64,000 bases of DNA from Klebsormidium nitens. Its lineage: Eukaryota; Plantae; Klebsormidiophyceae. The number at the start of each line of letters is the position of its first letter. Position 1 is the stretch's first letter. The position numbers were made by a program, and so were the translations under genes. The DNA is taken from assembly GCA_000708835.1 (NCBI GenBank), contig DF237115.1, positions 62,001 to 126,000 of the forward strand. Reading direction: 5' to 3'. The notes under the pieces were generated by a model that was not told the origin of the DNA, did not search any database, and saw nothing but the letters and a program-made list of their open reading frames with translations. Of the stretch, positions 23,879 to 36,702 are shown piece after piece.

Positions 23879-26500
23879 GATGCGCCGCTGGAGAGAGCCT
23901 GAAGGTGAGCGAAAGCCTTCGTAAAGGTGCGGGAATATGAAACTCGAAAAGCTGACGTCGACTTCTCGACGTTTTCAAAAAGAAGGGTTTAATGCTTGAT
24001 CACTGACTGTTCGCGAATAATCAGGCACAGGTGTTGACGCTGCTATACAGTCGTGCGGTGAAAAAGTTTTGAATTGATGGGAAGGGAGAGACACATCACT
24101 TCCCTGCTAGTAACGTTTGTTGCAGGGCCTGTTAAGATTGAGTGCTTCTAATTCAAAGCATAACCTTTCAATGAAAGCAGACTAATCTGCCAAGGCTACT
24201 TTGACATGTTGCATGCTTCTGCTTTGGAGGTGGTGGATGCAGTCTCGTTTTTTCCGTTGAGGTATTTCGACAGCTCTGTGGGCTTGCGAGACGGAACGCG
24301 TGTGATCTGTATGATCTGTTTAAATCGACTGCGGGATTTGAAAGATGACTCGGTGGCCTGAGTTTTAGGTGTGAACGAACAGTAAGATCTTTGAAAGCCA
24401 AACCATGTGCAAAATCTGATGCTGATTGAAAACCCGACTTGATGTTGGTGACGTCCGTTGCGGCATCGAATCCAATTGGTCGTCTTTCGGATGATGTCTT
24501 GTGTGTGTGCTGAATCGACTGGCAGGCCTGTCGAGATTGTGCAGTATAACATCAATCAAGTATTAAAGCCCACTAAGCACGAACTTGTCTGTTTTGCAAG
24601 ACATTCGCACAGTGACGGATAAACGTGTTCTGAGTGAGCAGTTCTGAATCTGAGTCGGCCCTTCTTGTGCAGGAGGTTTGGTGTGTGATTGAAAGGTCAC
24701 TTTGCAGATTGAGACGTACAATAAGCACAACGACGGCCGCCCGCATAAACCTTTACTGGAGAAACCAGATATATGGCGCGCATTCGCGCATTCTTGCTGA
24801 CAGGATAGATTGATTGCATCGAAAGGTCAGGAACGGGGTCGCATTTAATGCTTGCGGAGGGGCGATCCAATCATTAAAGTACCGTCGCAAACAAGGCTAT
24901 ATAGTGTATATTAAAATCATTCCACTGTACTGAAGCTTTATCGATTCTGATGATCAGGACGTTAAGTTAGACGTTGAATTGGAGATCTTGGATCTCACTA
25001 GGTTTTCCAGAGCATCATTTGTGGGCTAGTTGATTTGTAGGCGTTTGATTTGAAATTTTAATTTGTTGAAAGCCAGATGCACCTAGCATTACGACTCAGA
25101 AACCACTGTGTGGCAAGCTTTTCAAGGATAACAAGAACCCGGACGTCTGTCCAAGGCTCTTCTCAACTGGCTTCGGTGCAACAAACGACATCGGACAGGG
25201 CGCGGCATGCGCACATGCAAGAGCTTGACGCGACAGCCGTATTACTGCATTGCCTGGTTGAGAGTCAAATGGTTCTGAAAGCCATGCCATGTACGTGCGC
25301 CACTACGTTTTGACGTCGGATACTGGCACGCTGATCTTAAGCATATCAAAGGAGAACGTTTCGGCAATTGGCATTTCGCTCTAACCTCTTAGCTAACGAC
25401 CCACTTTACTAACCAGCTAGCTCCTCAAACTGCATGATTCGCCCGGGCTCTGCATGGAGTCGCTCTTTAATACAGTTTGATCTTACACATGTCGTCCAAT
25501 GCCACTGCATTTCAAAGCTACGTTTTAAGTTCACCACTGCAGCTGGGGCCACTAGGCAGGGCTGGCGGCCGCGCGCAGAAGCGGGGGTTCGCAACCCTTG
25601 AATTTTATTTCATGCCGCTTTGGTCCGGGCCTGAGATTGAACGTGGGTACCGTTTGCATGCCCGCCCCAATGATGGTTGCAACAACAAACGCCGCCTTAT
25701 ATGGCGATCCTCTGGCATGGGGGTCGGATGAAGATTTACGGCCAGCTCTTAGGAGGCTACAAGGCCCTGGCCCCCCCTCCTTAATTGCTTGGCCTATACT
25801 CAATACATGCACGTCAAAGATACACTAAGCGCTAGTATCCAACCAATGTCACGACTCATATGATCGATCGATCGAGCATAGTGCACATGTACCATGCATG
25901 TCGACCTGAAGTGCAGATGATTCAATGAGAGCCCGACTCGATGTAAAGGCTCGGGCCGCGCCGTAGCTGCAGATTGGATAATATGGACCTCATGAATGAT
26001 ATAATTTTACAATAAGTACACATACAAGGATCCAAAGTTAGTGCAGCTGCTCAATTGCAAGCCAGAACTCCAATCGTGCACACTGAAAGAGACTCGGATG
26101 GCTTTCAGACATTTGTGACTATACCGCCCAAGGTTCTCGGGTTTTGGCTGTTGCCAACCAGCAATTACCTGCCCGGAATACATGAAAACGAAAAGCTCAG
26201 TCTCCTTGTGGCGCAGGCCCGTTCAAATTGCGGGCCGTCAGGCCATAAGGTCCGCGTCGGAAAAGACGAGCAGGATGCCTCTAATTCCCCTGCCAAGTAC
26301 GGTATATTGCTTCAAGTCTGGAACCCTTTGCTTACCTCAACTCCGAGCCAGTTTCAGATTTGACAAAGATAAGGTCCTAGGTAGCAGATTTAATTTGACC
26401 AACGTGAGCCACAAACATATTCCAAGTTCTCAACAAAGAGTATCTTTGTTGTGCAAGGCTAGCAAAAACAAGTCACCAGAACAATCCAAGTAGAGTACAC

Positions 26501-29500
26501 TCAGTGAAGTCTCAACGGGGGGTGGTCTTCCGTCGGATCCTTCGGAGGCTTCGGCATCCAACCGGGCTTCTCGTCCCAGTACATGTCGTAATAAATATGA
26601 CCCGGGTGCGCGTGTATACAGCACCAGATGCCAACGTATTGCTTGACCCGGGCTCTGAACCTGTCGCCCAATACCTGTGCGACACGTGGAGACGACGGGT
26701 CAAGCTCTGTTTGGCGCCTTTGGAACGGGAATTGCAGGAATAGAAGCACCCAATTCGTAATGATACTTTAGCTCCAACATTTGCGACCTTGCATCTGCGA
26801 CATGCACGATAGCAGTAATGACTCAATCTCAAGTTGAGAAGCACTTCAGAAACTCGGCGGCGCCGTAGGGACACAATCACGAAGGCACTGCAATTGCAGA
26901 CTCAATTGCGGCAGCACGTTCGTTGGTTTCAAGCCTTTCGGTATATCCAGGGGAAATGGCGACGAAAGCGTGCGCAAATCTCAAAGCCACTTGAACACTG
27001 AAGGATCACAGTTCTGCCGGGATCAACCAGGACTGTATTTCTTCAAGCCAAGAATGATGAATAGAACTCTCGTTCAATCTCAGTCAAGGTTTGCAGTCGT
27101 TCAACGGAGTCAACCTCACCTTATCCTCGAAGCCTCCAAAGGCCCCATCCATAGTGCTGAAGCTCAACAGCTTCGTGTCGCTATACGGCTCGAGAAGAGC
27201 CTTTACCTGCAAAGGGTTGAGTGCGTGTCAGAACTCCATCAGGAATAAGATAAGTGGGCATAGCGGCTGCCTTGGCTGGCGTGTGACAATTCGCACTCTC
27301 GTAGGTTCACTTTCACGGGTTCGTTTTCTCGTGGGTTCACATCTCGTGGGGTTCAACTCTCGTGGATCCAATAGCTCACGGATGCAGCACGGCCAACTCT
27401 TTGAGGGTTTTTTGCCCATTCCAATAGCAGTTCCGGCTCCTGAGCCCGGCTCAAACGGTTGGCCATTTTTGGCCAATTGCGTGTAAGATGAGCACACAGC
27501 ACTTTCTGCCAAAAGCAGGTATGACGACGTCACGACGAACGAGAAAGAATGTGCAAACCGTCAGCATAAATCCTCTCAGAGACACGGGCCTGGAGGTGGA
27601 GACGTCCGGCAAGCTCGACCTGGGTGGTATCACAAGTGTCCGCATAATGTGCGCGACTCCGTACCATGCATTTTGGGAGATCAGCTTGAGAAGCGGGTAA
27701 AAAGAGATATATAGATGATCTAAATCTGTCTTATGGAGATAGTCTCTTAGCATGACAACGGTCCACTCGACGAGATTAGCGGGGACATAGGTCCGAGCGA
27801 AGCGTGTCCTCCGGTCATCAAGAAAGCAGAAAAACGTTTAAAAAGAATAACATGGAGCATCGGCCTCGTTGGTTTCCGTACCTGACTGTCGGAAGGATCC
27901 CTCTCCAGGACGACCCACGTGGGCTTCTCCAGGCCCTGCTTGACCTCCGTTGTCGTGCACGCGGCGTCCCCGTCTTTGCAGACAAAGACGTCGACCTTGG
28001 ACTCCAAAATCTGTGGCGTTAAAAGGAGGCGCGTCAGATTCGCTAGCTCTTGAAAGGTGAGGCCGTGAGCATTGCAACTTGGCACGTGTCTGCACGTAGT
28101 AAACGTTTCCTTGCAGCAACATATCAAAAGCACCACGGCACCGACAAAGAAGCTAGTTGGAGCAGCCTTCTACCGAGTGCATACGCCACGGTGCCGCAAA
28201 AGAAATCAGAAATGCTTGCCACAAAGCGAAGCCCAAATACCCTGTAACAGGCGACAGCTCCATTGATGCACTGGGCCGAAGGTCGCCACAAAGCCGAGCC
28301 GGTTGTGGCGCGCGCTCCGATTCCACATTGAAATCGTGACAACTGCCTATCCATGATCCCGAGACATTTGTGCGGCCAGTATTGCGACGCGCAAGCCAGA
28401 GCAAATTGCCACACTCCGAACCTTGGTCCTCTTGTGCGGGGCCTAGATCTTCTCGAAGATACAGTCTCACGCTTCAATGCCTTCCTCTCTGAGCGATACC
28501 CATGCTCTGATGAGCCTCATGGTGATTCAAACTTGCTTCGGAAGAGGAAAGGATTGAAGCATTGTAAATATACCTCTGCCGGAAGCCGCGGGTTGTCAAG
28601 GAGAGAGTACTCTCGGAACGGTATGTCTTCGCCAAATTGCTCCCGGGGCAGGCCGTCGACCATCTTGTTAATCTGCACGGGTTTTAAGAATACTCGATCT
28701 TGGCAACTGGTTAAGGCTCGGAACCAGCTTGAGTAAGAACGGGTAAAGAGAACATGAACTTGTTCATTTACCTTGTTTTACAACTGAATACCGTTGGATA
28801 AATTGAGAAATTGGAATAGAAGTATCGATCTTGTGAACTTGCACGGATTATGAAAAGAGGACCTCGATGCTTGGCAACAAGTGAGGGTAGGCACGGGTAT
28901 TTTAGAGCATTGCAAGTTGCTAAACGCACATCGGCCATCACGACTTGCAACACTTGCGCCTTTTTGTCTTTTCTTTCCCGTTTCGAACTTGGCGTGAATC
29001 TAAGAAAAGCTACAAGACATCGTGCACAGGCCGGAACGGAGCGGCAGTACTGGCGACTCTGAGCCCGCACAAACCGCTGAAACGCAGAAAACGCAATTCG
29101 CAACCTCTCCCAAACCGTCGAATACTATGTAGCTTTTTATCCCCAGCCAATACGATCTCTGGTGATGATCGAGCCACGCTGAACTTTTTCTCTCGTGAAA
29201 GTGAACTCACTTCTAACACATGGTCTGCTGGGCACAGGAACGGCTGCGGCGTCGCGGTTCCGTCCAGGATTCCGTTGTGGGGGTACCACAGGCGGTCGAA
29301 GCGGCACCACAGCTCCGGCAGTACCTGGGCGGAATAAGAACGGAAGCGGAATCCGTTTAGCATCTTGGTAAGGACCCCAAGGGCTTCGCTCTCTTGTCCA
29401 AGGAGGGCTAGGATAAGAAGACAGACGGGCCCAACCCAACTGCGCGTCATACAAACGTCAGATTGCCTCCCTTGAATGTCAAATTGCCTCTCTTGACGGG

Positions 29501-32500
29501 TCCCCGTGTGAGCGAGATTGGAAACTGCTCTCTTCTGATGGCGATGCACAAGGGAAGCGAAAGCGTGCCGTCGAAGTGCGAGCTTGAGGTCTTTCAATCT
29601 CAGCAAGAACCGGTAACTCCGAGAGAGCACGGAATGGAAAAAGAGAAAGGGAATCCTCTGAGATGGGCTCTGAATATTGGCTTAACTTTCAGCAACAAGA
29701 ATGCGCTTACTGATTGGAGAACCCGTCAACGCAAGCGACCAGTATCCAGTGCCTCGCAAACGAGAATGGAAGAGGAACAAAGTTGGAATACTGCAAAGCA
29801 CAGGCGAGTAACTGGACGTGGTCTAGGAATGCGGTTTACTAACCAGCGTGCGATTAAGGGTCTGGGCGAGTGCGAATGCGTTTCGCAGCTGCAGCAGCTG
29901 GTAGTTGACGAGGGCGAAGTGCGTCTCGACGGTGTGCTCGCCGCCCGACAGCAGCTCTGTCGGGATGTCGAAGCGGTACGCGAGGAGACCACCTGGAAAT
30001 AAAAATTTGTGTCAAGAGGAGTACGTGCTGAACCTGTCAAATGGGATTGCCACTACGTGATAACTTTCGCCAACTACAGCAGCTCTGTCAGGATGTCGAA
30101 GCGGTACGCGAGGAGACCACCTGGAATGGAGACGTAGTGTCAAGAAAAATACGTGCTTCGCCTGCCACAAAACTTGACACCGACGAAGTTTCGAAGTGCT
30201 TGCTGCCCGAGAGCAGCTCTGTCGGGATGTCAAAGCGGTACGCAAGGAGACCACCTGGATTGAAGAAGTTGTGTCAAGAGGAAGAGGGTGTTAAACCTGC
30301 CAACAAAGTTGATATCGAAGAGGTTTTGAAGTGCTCGCCCCCCGATAGCAGCTCTGTCGGGATGTCAAAGCGGTACGCGGGGAGACCACCTGGAATTGAA
30401 AAAGTTGTGTCAAGAGAAAGAGGGTGTTAAACCTGCCAACAAGGTTGACACCGAAGAGGTTTTGAAGTGCTCGCCACCCGACAGCAGCTCTGTCGGGATA
30501 TCGAAGCAGTACGCAAGGAGACCACCTGAACGGGAGAACGTAGTGTCAAAGAGGAGACGGTGATCGACCTGCCATGAAAATTTTACACAAAGAGGTCTTG
30601 AAGTGCTTGCCACCCGACGGCGGCTCTGTCGGGATGTCGAAGCGGTATGCAAGGAGACCACCTGATACGAAAAACCTAATGACAAAACAAGTACGTTCTT
30701 GACTTGCCAATACTGTTTGACACCCAACTAGTTACGAAGTCCACGGCGTACGTCACCAGCTTCGTTGAGATGTCAAGGAGGAAGATCACTCTCCGTACCA
30801 GATTCAATGATGGTGCGAAGGCCGTCTCGTCACTAGTAGTTTGAACGTCCTCCCCTTCTTCAGGGAAAACGCTACGAAGGCTGTCGCTTACGTGACTTGA
30901 TGTGCGCAAGTGCGTAGCATCAAAATACGGACAACCGAACCCCGACAACAATTCTGAATGCACCGCTCCTCAACGTACCTTCCGGGTCGTAATACTCCGG
31001 CTCGTCGTGAAACACCTTCGCCTCGCGCAGGCGGTGCCGCTTCCCGTCGGTCCCGCCGTATTGGAAGGTCGTATGGATCGCAAACGGCGCCAGCTTCGTC
31101 GTCTTATAGATCTTCTGCACGAAATACGTGTGCCCACTGCAAAACAGGCTGACCGGTAATATGCCCAGCTTCAGTGTTCCGTCGTACGCGTAAACGAGGC
31201 CGTTCTCGTCTTCTGTGGCGGGGCCGAACTGACGTCGCATGATGTCATTGAACGCGTTCTGGTCCCAGACGAGGTCGTCTTTGGTCGCCACGTCAAGCCA
31301 CTCGCGAGCGAAGGCCCTCGCGGCGGCAGTCGGGCGGTAATGGATGATACCGATGTTGTATGCGCCGCCAGCTATAGAATGGATTTCAGATTCAGTAGAA
31401 AGTAGACGGAAGTACTGTTAACAATTTACTGGTTGGTTGAGCCTTGCGGCACTAAAAGAAGGTTGAACTAACCAGCAGCTGTGTTGGCAGTATCAGCGGA
31501 TCTCTTTGCAGCGACCGTTCATGCAGGTTTCGTGCTGCTACGTCATGGTGGAAAAGGCCCGGTTTTGCGGCTTCGCTCCCAAGCGGTTTCGCTTTGATAG
31601 CTTTCCCAACTACGAAAGCCTTCCCCTTATAGCAAACGGTCGACACTGGAACTTACGCAACAGTTGACTCACTGACGAAGACCACGGCTGACGCAAGCAA
31701 TCCCGCAAACGCAAATTTTTCCTCGGAAAGCGTATAACAACAGCGCAGGCGCGCGCACCTTCCTGCCACCTCTCCAGCGACTCGTCGTCCACCGTGTGCG
31801 CCAGGTGGTCGCTCGACGTCAGCACGTCCGCCTGGGGGTACCTGCTGACGTACTCCAGGGGATCTCTCAGGAACACCATGTCGGTGTCGCACATGAGGAG
31901 CTCTACTCCAAACCCTAGGAGCGCGTCAACTAGATAGAGACGCTCGCGGCCCATCTTGTGGAAGACGGGGCTGCCCCAGCCCGCGTCGCCGGGGCTCATC
32001 TCGCTCTTCATGTCGAAGACGGGGATGCCCGCGACGAACAAGGCCTCAAGAATCTCCTCGTCCATCGCACCTGGAGGCGGTTCGAAATTCAGTCTTTGGA
32101 CGCTCGAAGTAATTAGGATTACCTGATCACAAAGTCAAAAGGCTCTTTTTGTCGATTACGAAGGGGACGCCCGCGAAGAACAGGGCCTTCAGAATCTCCT
32201 CGTCCATGGCACCTGACAGCGAAGTAAATATTCGTCAATGTCTTGTTGAAATTTGGGCGCTTGTTCGAATCGAGGGACAAACACGGGCGCCGCCATTGCC
32301 CGTCTCGCTCCTCATGTGAAACACGGGGACGCCCGCGAAGAACAGGGCCTCCAAGATCTCCTCGTCCATCGCACCTGCGGGACAAGATTCAGAGTCTTGC
32401 GTCTTCCGTATGAAAGGTTGAAGATAGAAGCAAAGCTGGAGCTCTTTCCCTTCGTCTCGGTCTTCGGATCGAAGACTGGGACACCGGCAAAGAACAGGGC

Positions 32501-35458
32501 CTCCAAGATCTCCATCGCACCTGGGAGCGCAGACAACTCTCGTTAACGTTTAGTAATTCATCAAATGACTTGGGCGCTTGTTGATAAACAGGAAAAGCAC
32601 TCGGGCGCCGCCATTGCTCGTCTCGCTCCTCATGTGAAAGACGGGGAAGCCGGCACAGAACAGGGCCTCCAGACTGTCCTCGTCCATTGCGCCTGAAGAG
32701 AGGGAAGAGAATCTAAGCTTCCAATTCCATGAAGTTTCGAAATGGCAGGGCCCCGGAAGAGTCAACAGTGGGCGATATGGCTCATGTCGTCGCATGTTGG
32801 ACACCGTGACGTCTGCAAAGAGCAGGGCCTCCAGAATTTCCTCGTCCATTGCACCTGGGAAAGGAAAGAATCCCCATTTACGTCTTTACGGCACGTATAG
32901 AATTTGGATCTGCAAATCCTCAGACTAGCAGGGTTTCGGAAGGGTCGACGGTTCAGAAGTACAAGCTCATTTCGAACACCGGGATGCCGACGAAGAACAG
33001 GGCCCTGCCAAACTTGCTCGTCCATCGCACCTGGGTTCTTACTTCTGTTCATTCTTACTTCGAAGTCAAGACGGAAAATGCAGGTGCTGCGAGCTTCAAG
33101 GTACCGGTTTCCAGCCACTCAGACCAGAAAGATAAATGCAATCTCAGCATCATCTCGAGCAGCGGAAGCAGAAGTCTCCTCAAGAGGGCGTCCTTTTGAG
33201 AGCCAGCAGACGCAAGGTTCAAAATGCTATATCCTGATTATGAAATGCTACAATCCTAGAGGTTTGAACAAGTGGCTATTCTCACCAACGAGGATGTTGG
33301 TGACTCCCAGGTCCGTCAGGTGCCGCACCCAGTTGGTGGTAAAGTCCAGAAACGCAAAATTGGCGAACGTGACCACGATCGTGTTGTCCACGGCGCGGTG
33401 CTCCACCATTTCCTTGCGCAGTGTAAATTCCTCCCGGGGGGGCATGCCCACCCCAGCCGGGGGCGCCTCCCAGATCTCTCGCATCATTGCCTCGACCAGA
33501 GGCCAGCTCTTGACCGTCGATTGGGCATCGGATGGTAATGAGTCGTTCGTGAGAGTGAGAGTGCTGTTCGAAAGCTCAGCTGACACGTTTAGAGAGGGAA
33601 TAGAGCTGTTTGGGAGGATCGAGAAGCTATCATCAAGAGACTCGGAGCCGTTGAGAAGAGATGCGGTGCTGTTAAGAAGAGCTGCGGTGCTGTTGAACAG
33701 AGCCGCAGAGCGGTTGAAACGAGCCTCGGAGCTATTTTGGAGGAGGGTCGACCCGCTGTTCTCAAGAGACATCGCCCCATTTTGAAGCAGAGTCCCCTGA
33801 CTAGCCACAGACTCCTCGTCCGCCTGAACGGCCTCGCCCTCCCTGTTCTCTTCTAAACCGGCTTTCGTGTCCGTGCCCGCTTCCCATAAGCCCCCCGGAT
33901 CTCGCACCCTCGCACCCTCTCCTCCCACGAGCTCGTTTTCTTCCTCCACGACCTCCCTCGGTTTCGGTTTCTCCCCCGCTCCCGCCAAAGCTCCCCCCAT
34001 GCCACCCGCCCCGCTCACAGCCTCGTCGTCGGCGCCACCGCTAGCCAAGTCAGCGTTTACTGCCAGGAACGTCTTCACCCCCTCTTTCGTGACTCCGTCA
34101 GCAATCTCCTCAAGGGACGCCTCACCATCTTTAGACTCCTCAACAACTCCAGGCCCTGTGTCAAGCTCTACTCTTCTTTGGCCGTCCAGATCGTCCCTAG
34201 TTTTCCTCTCGCCAAGCGTGACGCCTCCCCCGCTGCTCAACCTTTCTTTTCCTCCGTCCTCTTCTTCGTTTCCTATCAAGTTCTGTAGCCAAGAATCTTC
34301 CCCCTCATCCCCCCCTCCCAGACCGCTTCTCTCACCGCCCCCTTCGAAACCGCTTTTCTCAACATTCCCCCTCCCAGCTTCGCCACCTACCGTCCTCCCC
34401 CCGTCTACTTCCTCAAACTCCTCTCCCCGTTCCTCATCCAACTCATCCACCTGCTCGGCGCCTTTCTTTGTCTCCTCGTCCGAGCTCTCAACATCCGCTA
34501 TCGTTGTCCGTTTCCCATCGTACTTCGTTTGCATCTGTGAATTTTTGCCTAGGTATGGCCCAACTATGCCCCGCCACGCCCCTCGCCGGGTCAGCCTGCC
34601 AAATAGATTTCCGCCTCCTCCCTCGGCCCCCTCTTCTTTGTCTTTTATGTACTGTGTTAGGGGGTCCCGAGTGGTCACCTGAAATGGTCAAAGAGCTGAT
34701 GAAAGCCCTGTTGACAACTATGATGATAATAAGGCACCGCTTTTGAGATGATACAACGAGAGACCTTATCCTTGAAAAGCACAAGAGGGCCGTTTTTGAC
34801 AGTCTCACCACCTGTTGACCTTGCCTTAGCCACCAAAATCCAGGACAATATGCCAAGAAGGCTACAGCCAGCAGTAATTCTTGCACACTTGTATTCATAC
34901 GTGCACTGTGTCGCACCAGATGCTCCTATGGTGCACCGACAACTCTGTTTTGCAGCCTCGAATAAGGCCCCAATATTCAGAGGAAGATTGGGGCTACTAA
35001 ACCTCTGAAGCGCATCCTCAGACTGTATCAGATAACAGACGAGACAGGGCAGCAAGTCACAAACATTTGGAACAAACACCCAAGCGGAATGACTCCCCCA
35101 TCATGTGCAATGACAGGAGCCTGACACTACATACCGCCAAACCTCTCTGTGCTGTCACAGGGAATCATCTCACCTTCTTAGGTTGTTGCCCTGTCTGACC
35201 TCGGCCAATCTTAATTGCACCCAAAGCACCCTGGTCATCAAATGCAGCTTTGCTTTCCTGCTTCGCTCTCTGCTCTTGCTTGGCCAGTTCCTCACTCCCA
35301 ATCTTCTCTAAAACGTCCAGACGCAACCCATTCTCATCTGTTGCTAAAGGCAGCTCAACGCCCTGCCTCTCAAGTGTATGTCCGCCAACTGCACCACCAA
35401 AGAAGTAAAGCAGCGTCAGAAGTGGCATCATATATAACCAGGGACGCATTTGAGGCAT
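26501..35458 (-). CDS. XEG113: XEG113-like extensin beta-arabinosyltransferase (GT77, nucleotide-diphospho-sugar transferase) with a greatly extended stem
   Basis: Exons (minus) 35458?-35174, 34678-33286, 32070-31759, 31371-30979, 29992-29844, 29324-29211, 28672-28574, 28010-27882, 27206-27120, 26674-26501, all phase-consistent. Motifs GAMDEEILEAL, GWGSPVFHKMGRE, LLMCDTDMV (DxD), WDQNAFN, FCSGHTYFVQ, HTTFQY and the C-terminal GHIYYDMYWDEKPGW...EDHPPL match Arabidopsis XEG113 as recalled. The start codon is uncertain. Confidence 0.9.
30030..30670 (-). repeat. Five tandem echoes of the acceptor and start of XEG113 exon 29992 (period 128-136 bp)
   Basis: cag|GTGGTCTCC...TACCGCTTCGACATCCCGACAGAGC-like copies start at 30120, 30254, 30389, 30525 and 30661. 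Confidence 0.92.
32140..33040 (-). repeat. Six tandem echoes of the acceptor and start of XEG113 exon 32070 (period ~142-176 bp)
   Basis: cag|GTGCGATGGACGAG-like copies start at 32212, 32374, 32520, 32692, 32854 and 33030. Confidence 0.92.
33533..33742 (-). repeat. Coding heptad repeat of N-glycosylation sequons in the XEG113 stem
   Basis: LQNSSEA RFNRSAA LFNSTAA LLNSTAS LLNGSES LDDSFSI LPNSSIP SLNVSAE LSNSTLT LTNDSLP: nine N-x-S/T sequons in ten heptads. Confidence 0.85.
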
Positions 35459-36064
35459 GTGATTCTTCTCCTTTGGGGGTGCGACATCGCATGAGCTTAC
35501 GCAGGTCAAGCTAAGCATATTGGATCCCTGCAGGCAACATTCAAGAAGTGAACCAATTGATCATGGAACAGAACGGCAAGAGTGATCCCCTCGGCTTTTC
35601 TGGTGAGTCTAGCTCTTGAAGCAGTACAAAATCCTTCGGTGGTTCCTTGCAAGCTTAGAAAGTGCCTGATTGTTCTAGTCTGAAGAGCGTCTTTCAAACA
35701 TCCACCCGTGCTAGATGACATTGACCTACTTAATATTTCTTTAGAGAAGCACTTGAAGAATGCAATTTGTCATGGCTCCTCGCAATTGGGTTGAGCGCAC
35801 ACAAGTGTGCGCTGCCGGGGCAGTGCCACATCGATCAACACCTGCCTATCCAACGACCATTCTGAGCTCTGACTGACTGATGCACTCGGAGGTGAGCTGT
35901 GCGAACACAGTGAAAAGATCTGTACCAAGTCATTCTTCTTCTTTCTTGCTTGAAGGCTTGTCACCAGCAGATAAGGCTGTACACAAAGCTATGTGTATGC
36001 ATAGTTTCCCATTGTGTTTGCGAAAAGAGGACGCAGGCGCCTACAGACCAATAACAATTCTCAC

Positions 36065-36203
36065 CTCGATGGTACAGAAGTTCCTTTGCATCGTGTAACC
36101 TTGCCTCGATCTCCCAGGCCACTGGCCGCAGCACATACCCCGTGCCTACAAGCGCGCTCATCACAAGGATTGTCCGGATTAGGGGCCTTGCAAGTGGTGC
36201 CAT
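36065..36203 (-). CDS. Candidate first exon encoding a hydrophobic anchor (alternative XEG113 start, or a separate small gene)
   Basis: MAPLARPLIRTILVMSALVGTGYVLRPVAWEIEARLHDAKELLYHR followed by a G|gtgaga donor; the downstream exon path could not be resolved. Confidence 0.35.
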
Positions 36204-36702
36204 GCTTCAAAGCGCTCCCTCTGCGACGCCTATGCGCTGGTTGATGGAAGGGCACTCATAGAATTGGCTCATTTTTCGGCCTTCGGTGGCTCAACGAAGG
36301 ACCAGGCGCCGAAATGCAAGACAGGGCAGCTCATTGAAGTCTTACAGTAGCTGCCTCCATGATAAATGACTGCACCAGCTTGCTTGATTGGGCCTCAAGC
36401 TCGCGACGCCTTTGTTACTCAGAATGTGCTTCTTCTCAGACTCGGACTTCTGAATCTGACAGTGAATGCGTCAACTGGAAGTTAGAGGCCGAGACATGAG
36501 CTGCATAATGGGTCGAGCAGTTACAGTGGTCCATCTAAAAGGTTCCGAGTCCTTGCAGCGCCGAGCAGCGCAGCGCGGACTTCTAAGCTTCCCTCCGTCG
36601 GCCACCGATAGATCCCTATAACGCCTTCTTCCCCCTCGTCCTCTTTCCCTCTGCACGCTCTCAGGATAAGCCAGGTAGGGGCGGCGCGCAGAGCCGGGCA
36701 CC

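Noticed and set aside
29990-33040. Regularly spaced repeats resembling CRISPR arrays
   Set aside because: The repeats are copies of the adjacent exon start, the spacers are homologous to each other, the context is eukaryotic and there are no cas genes.
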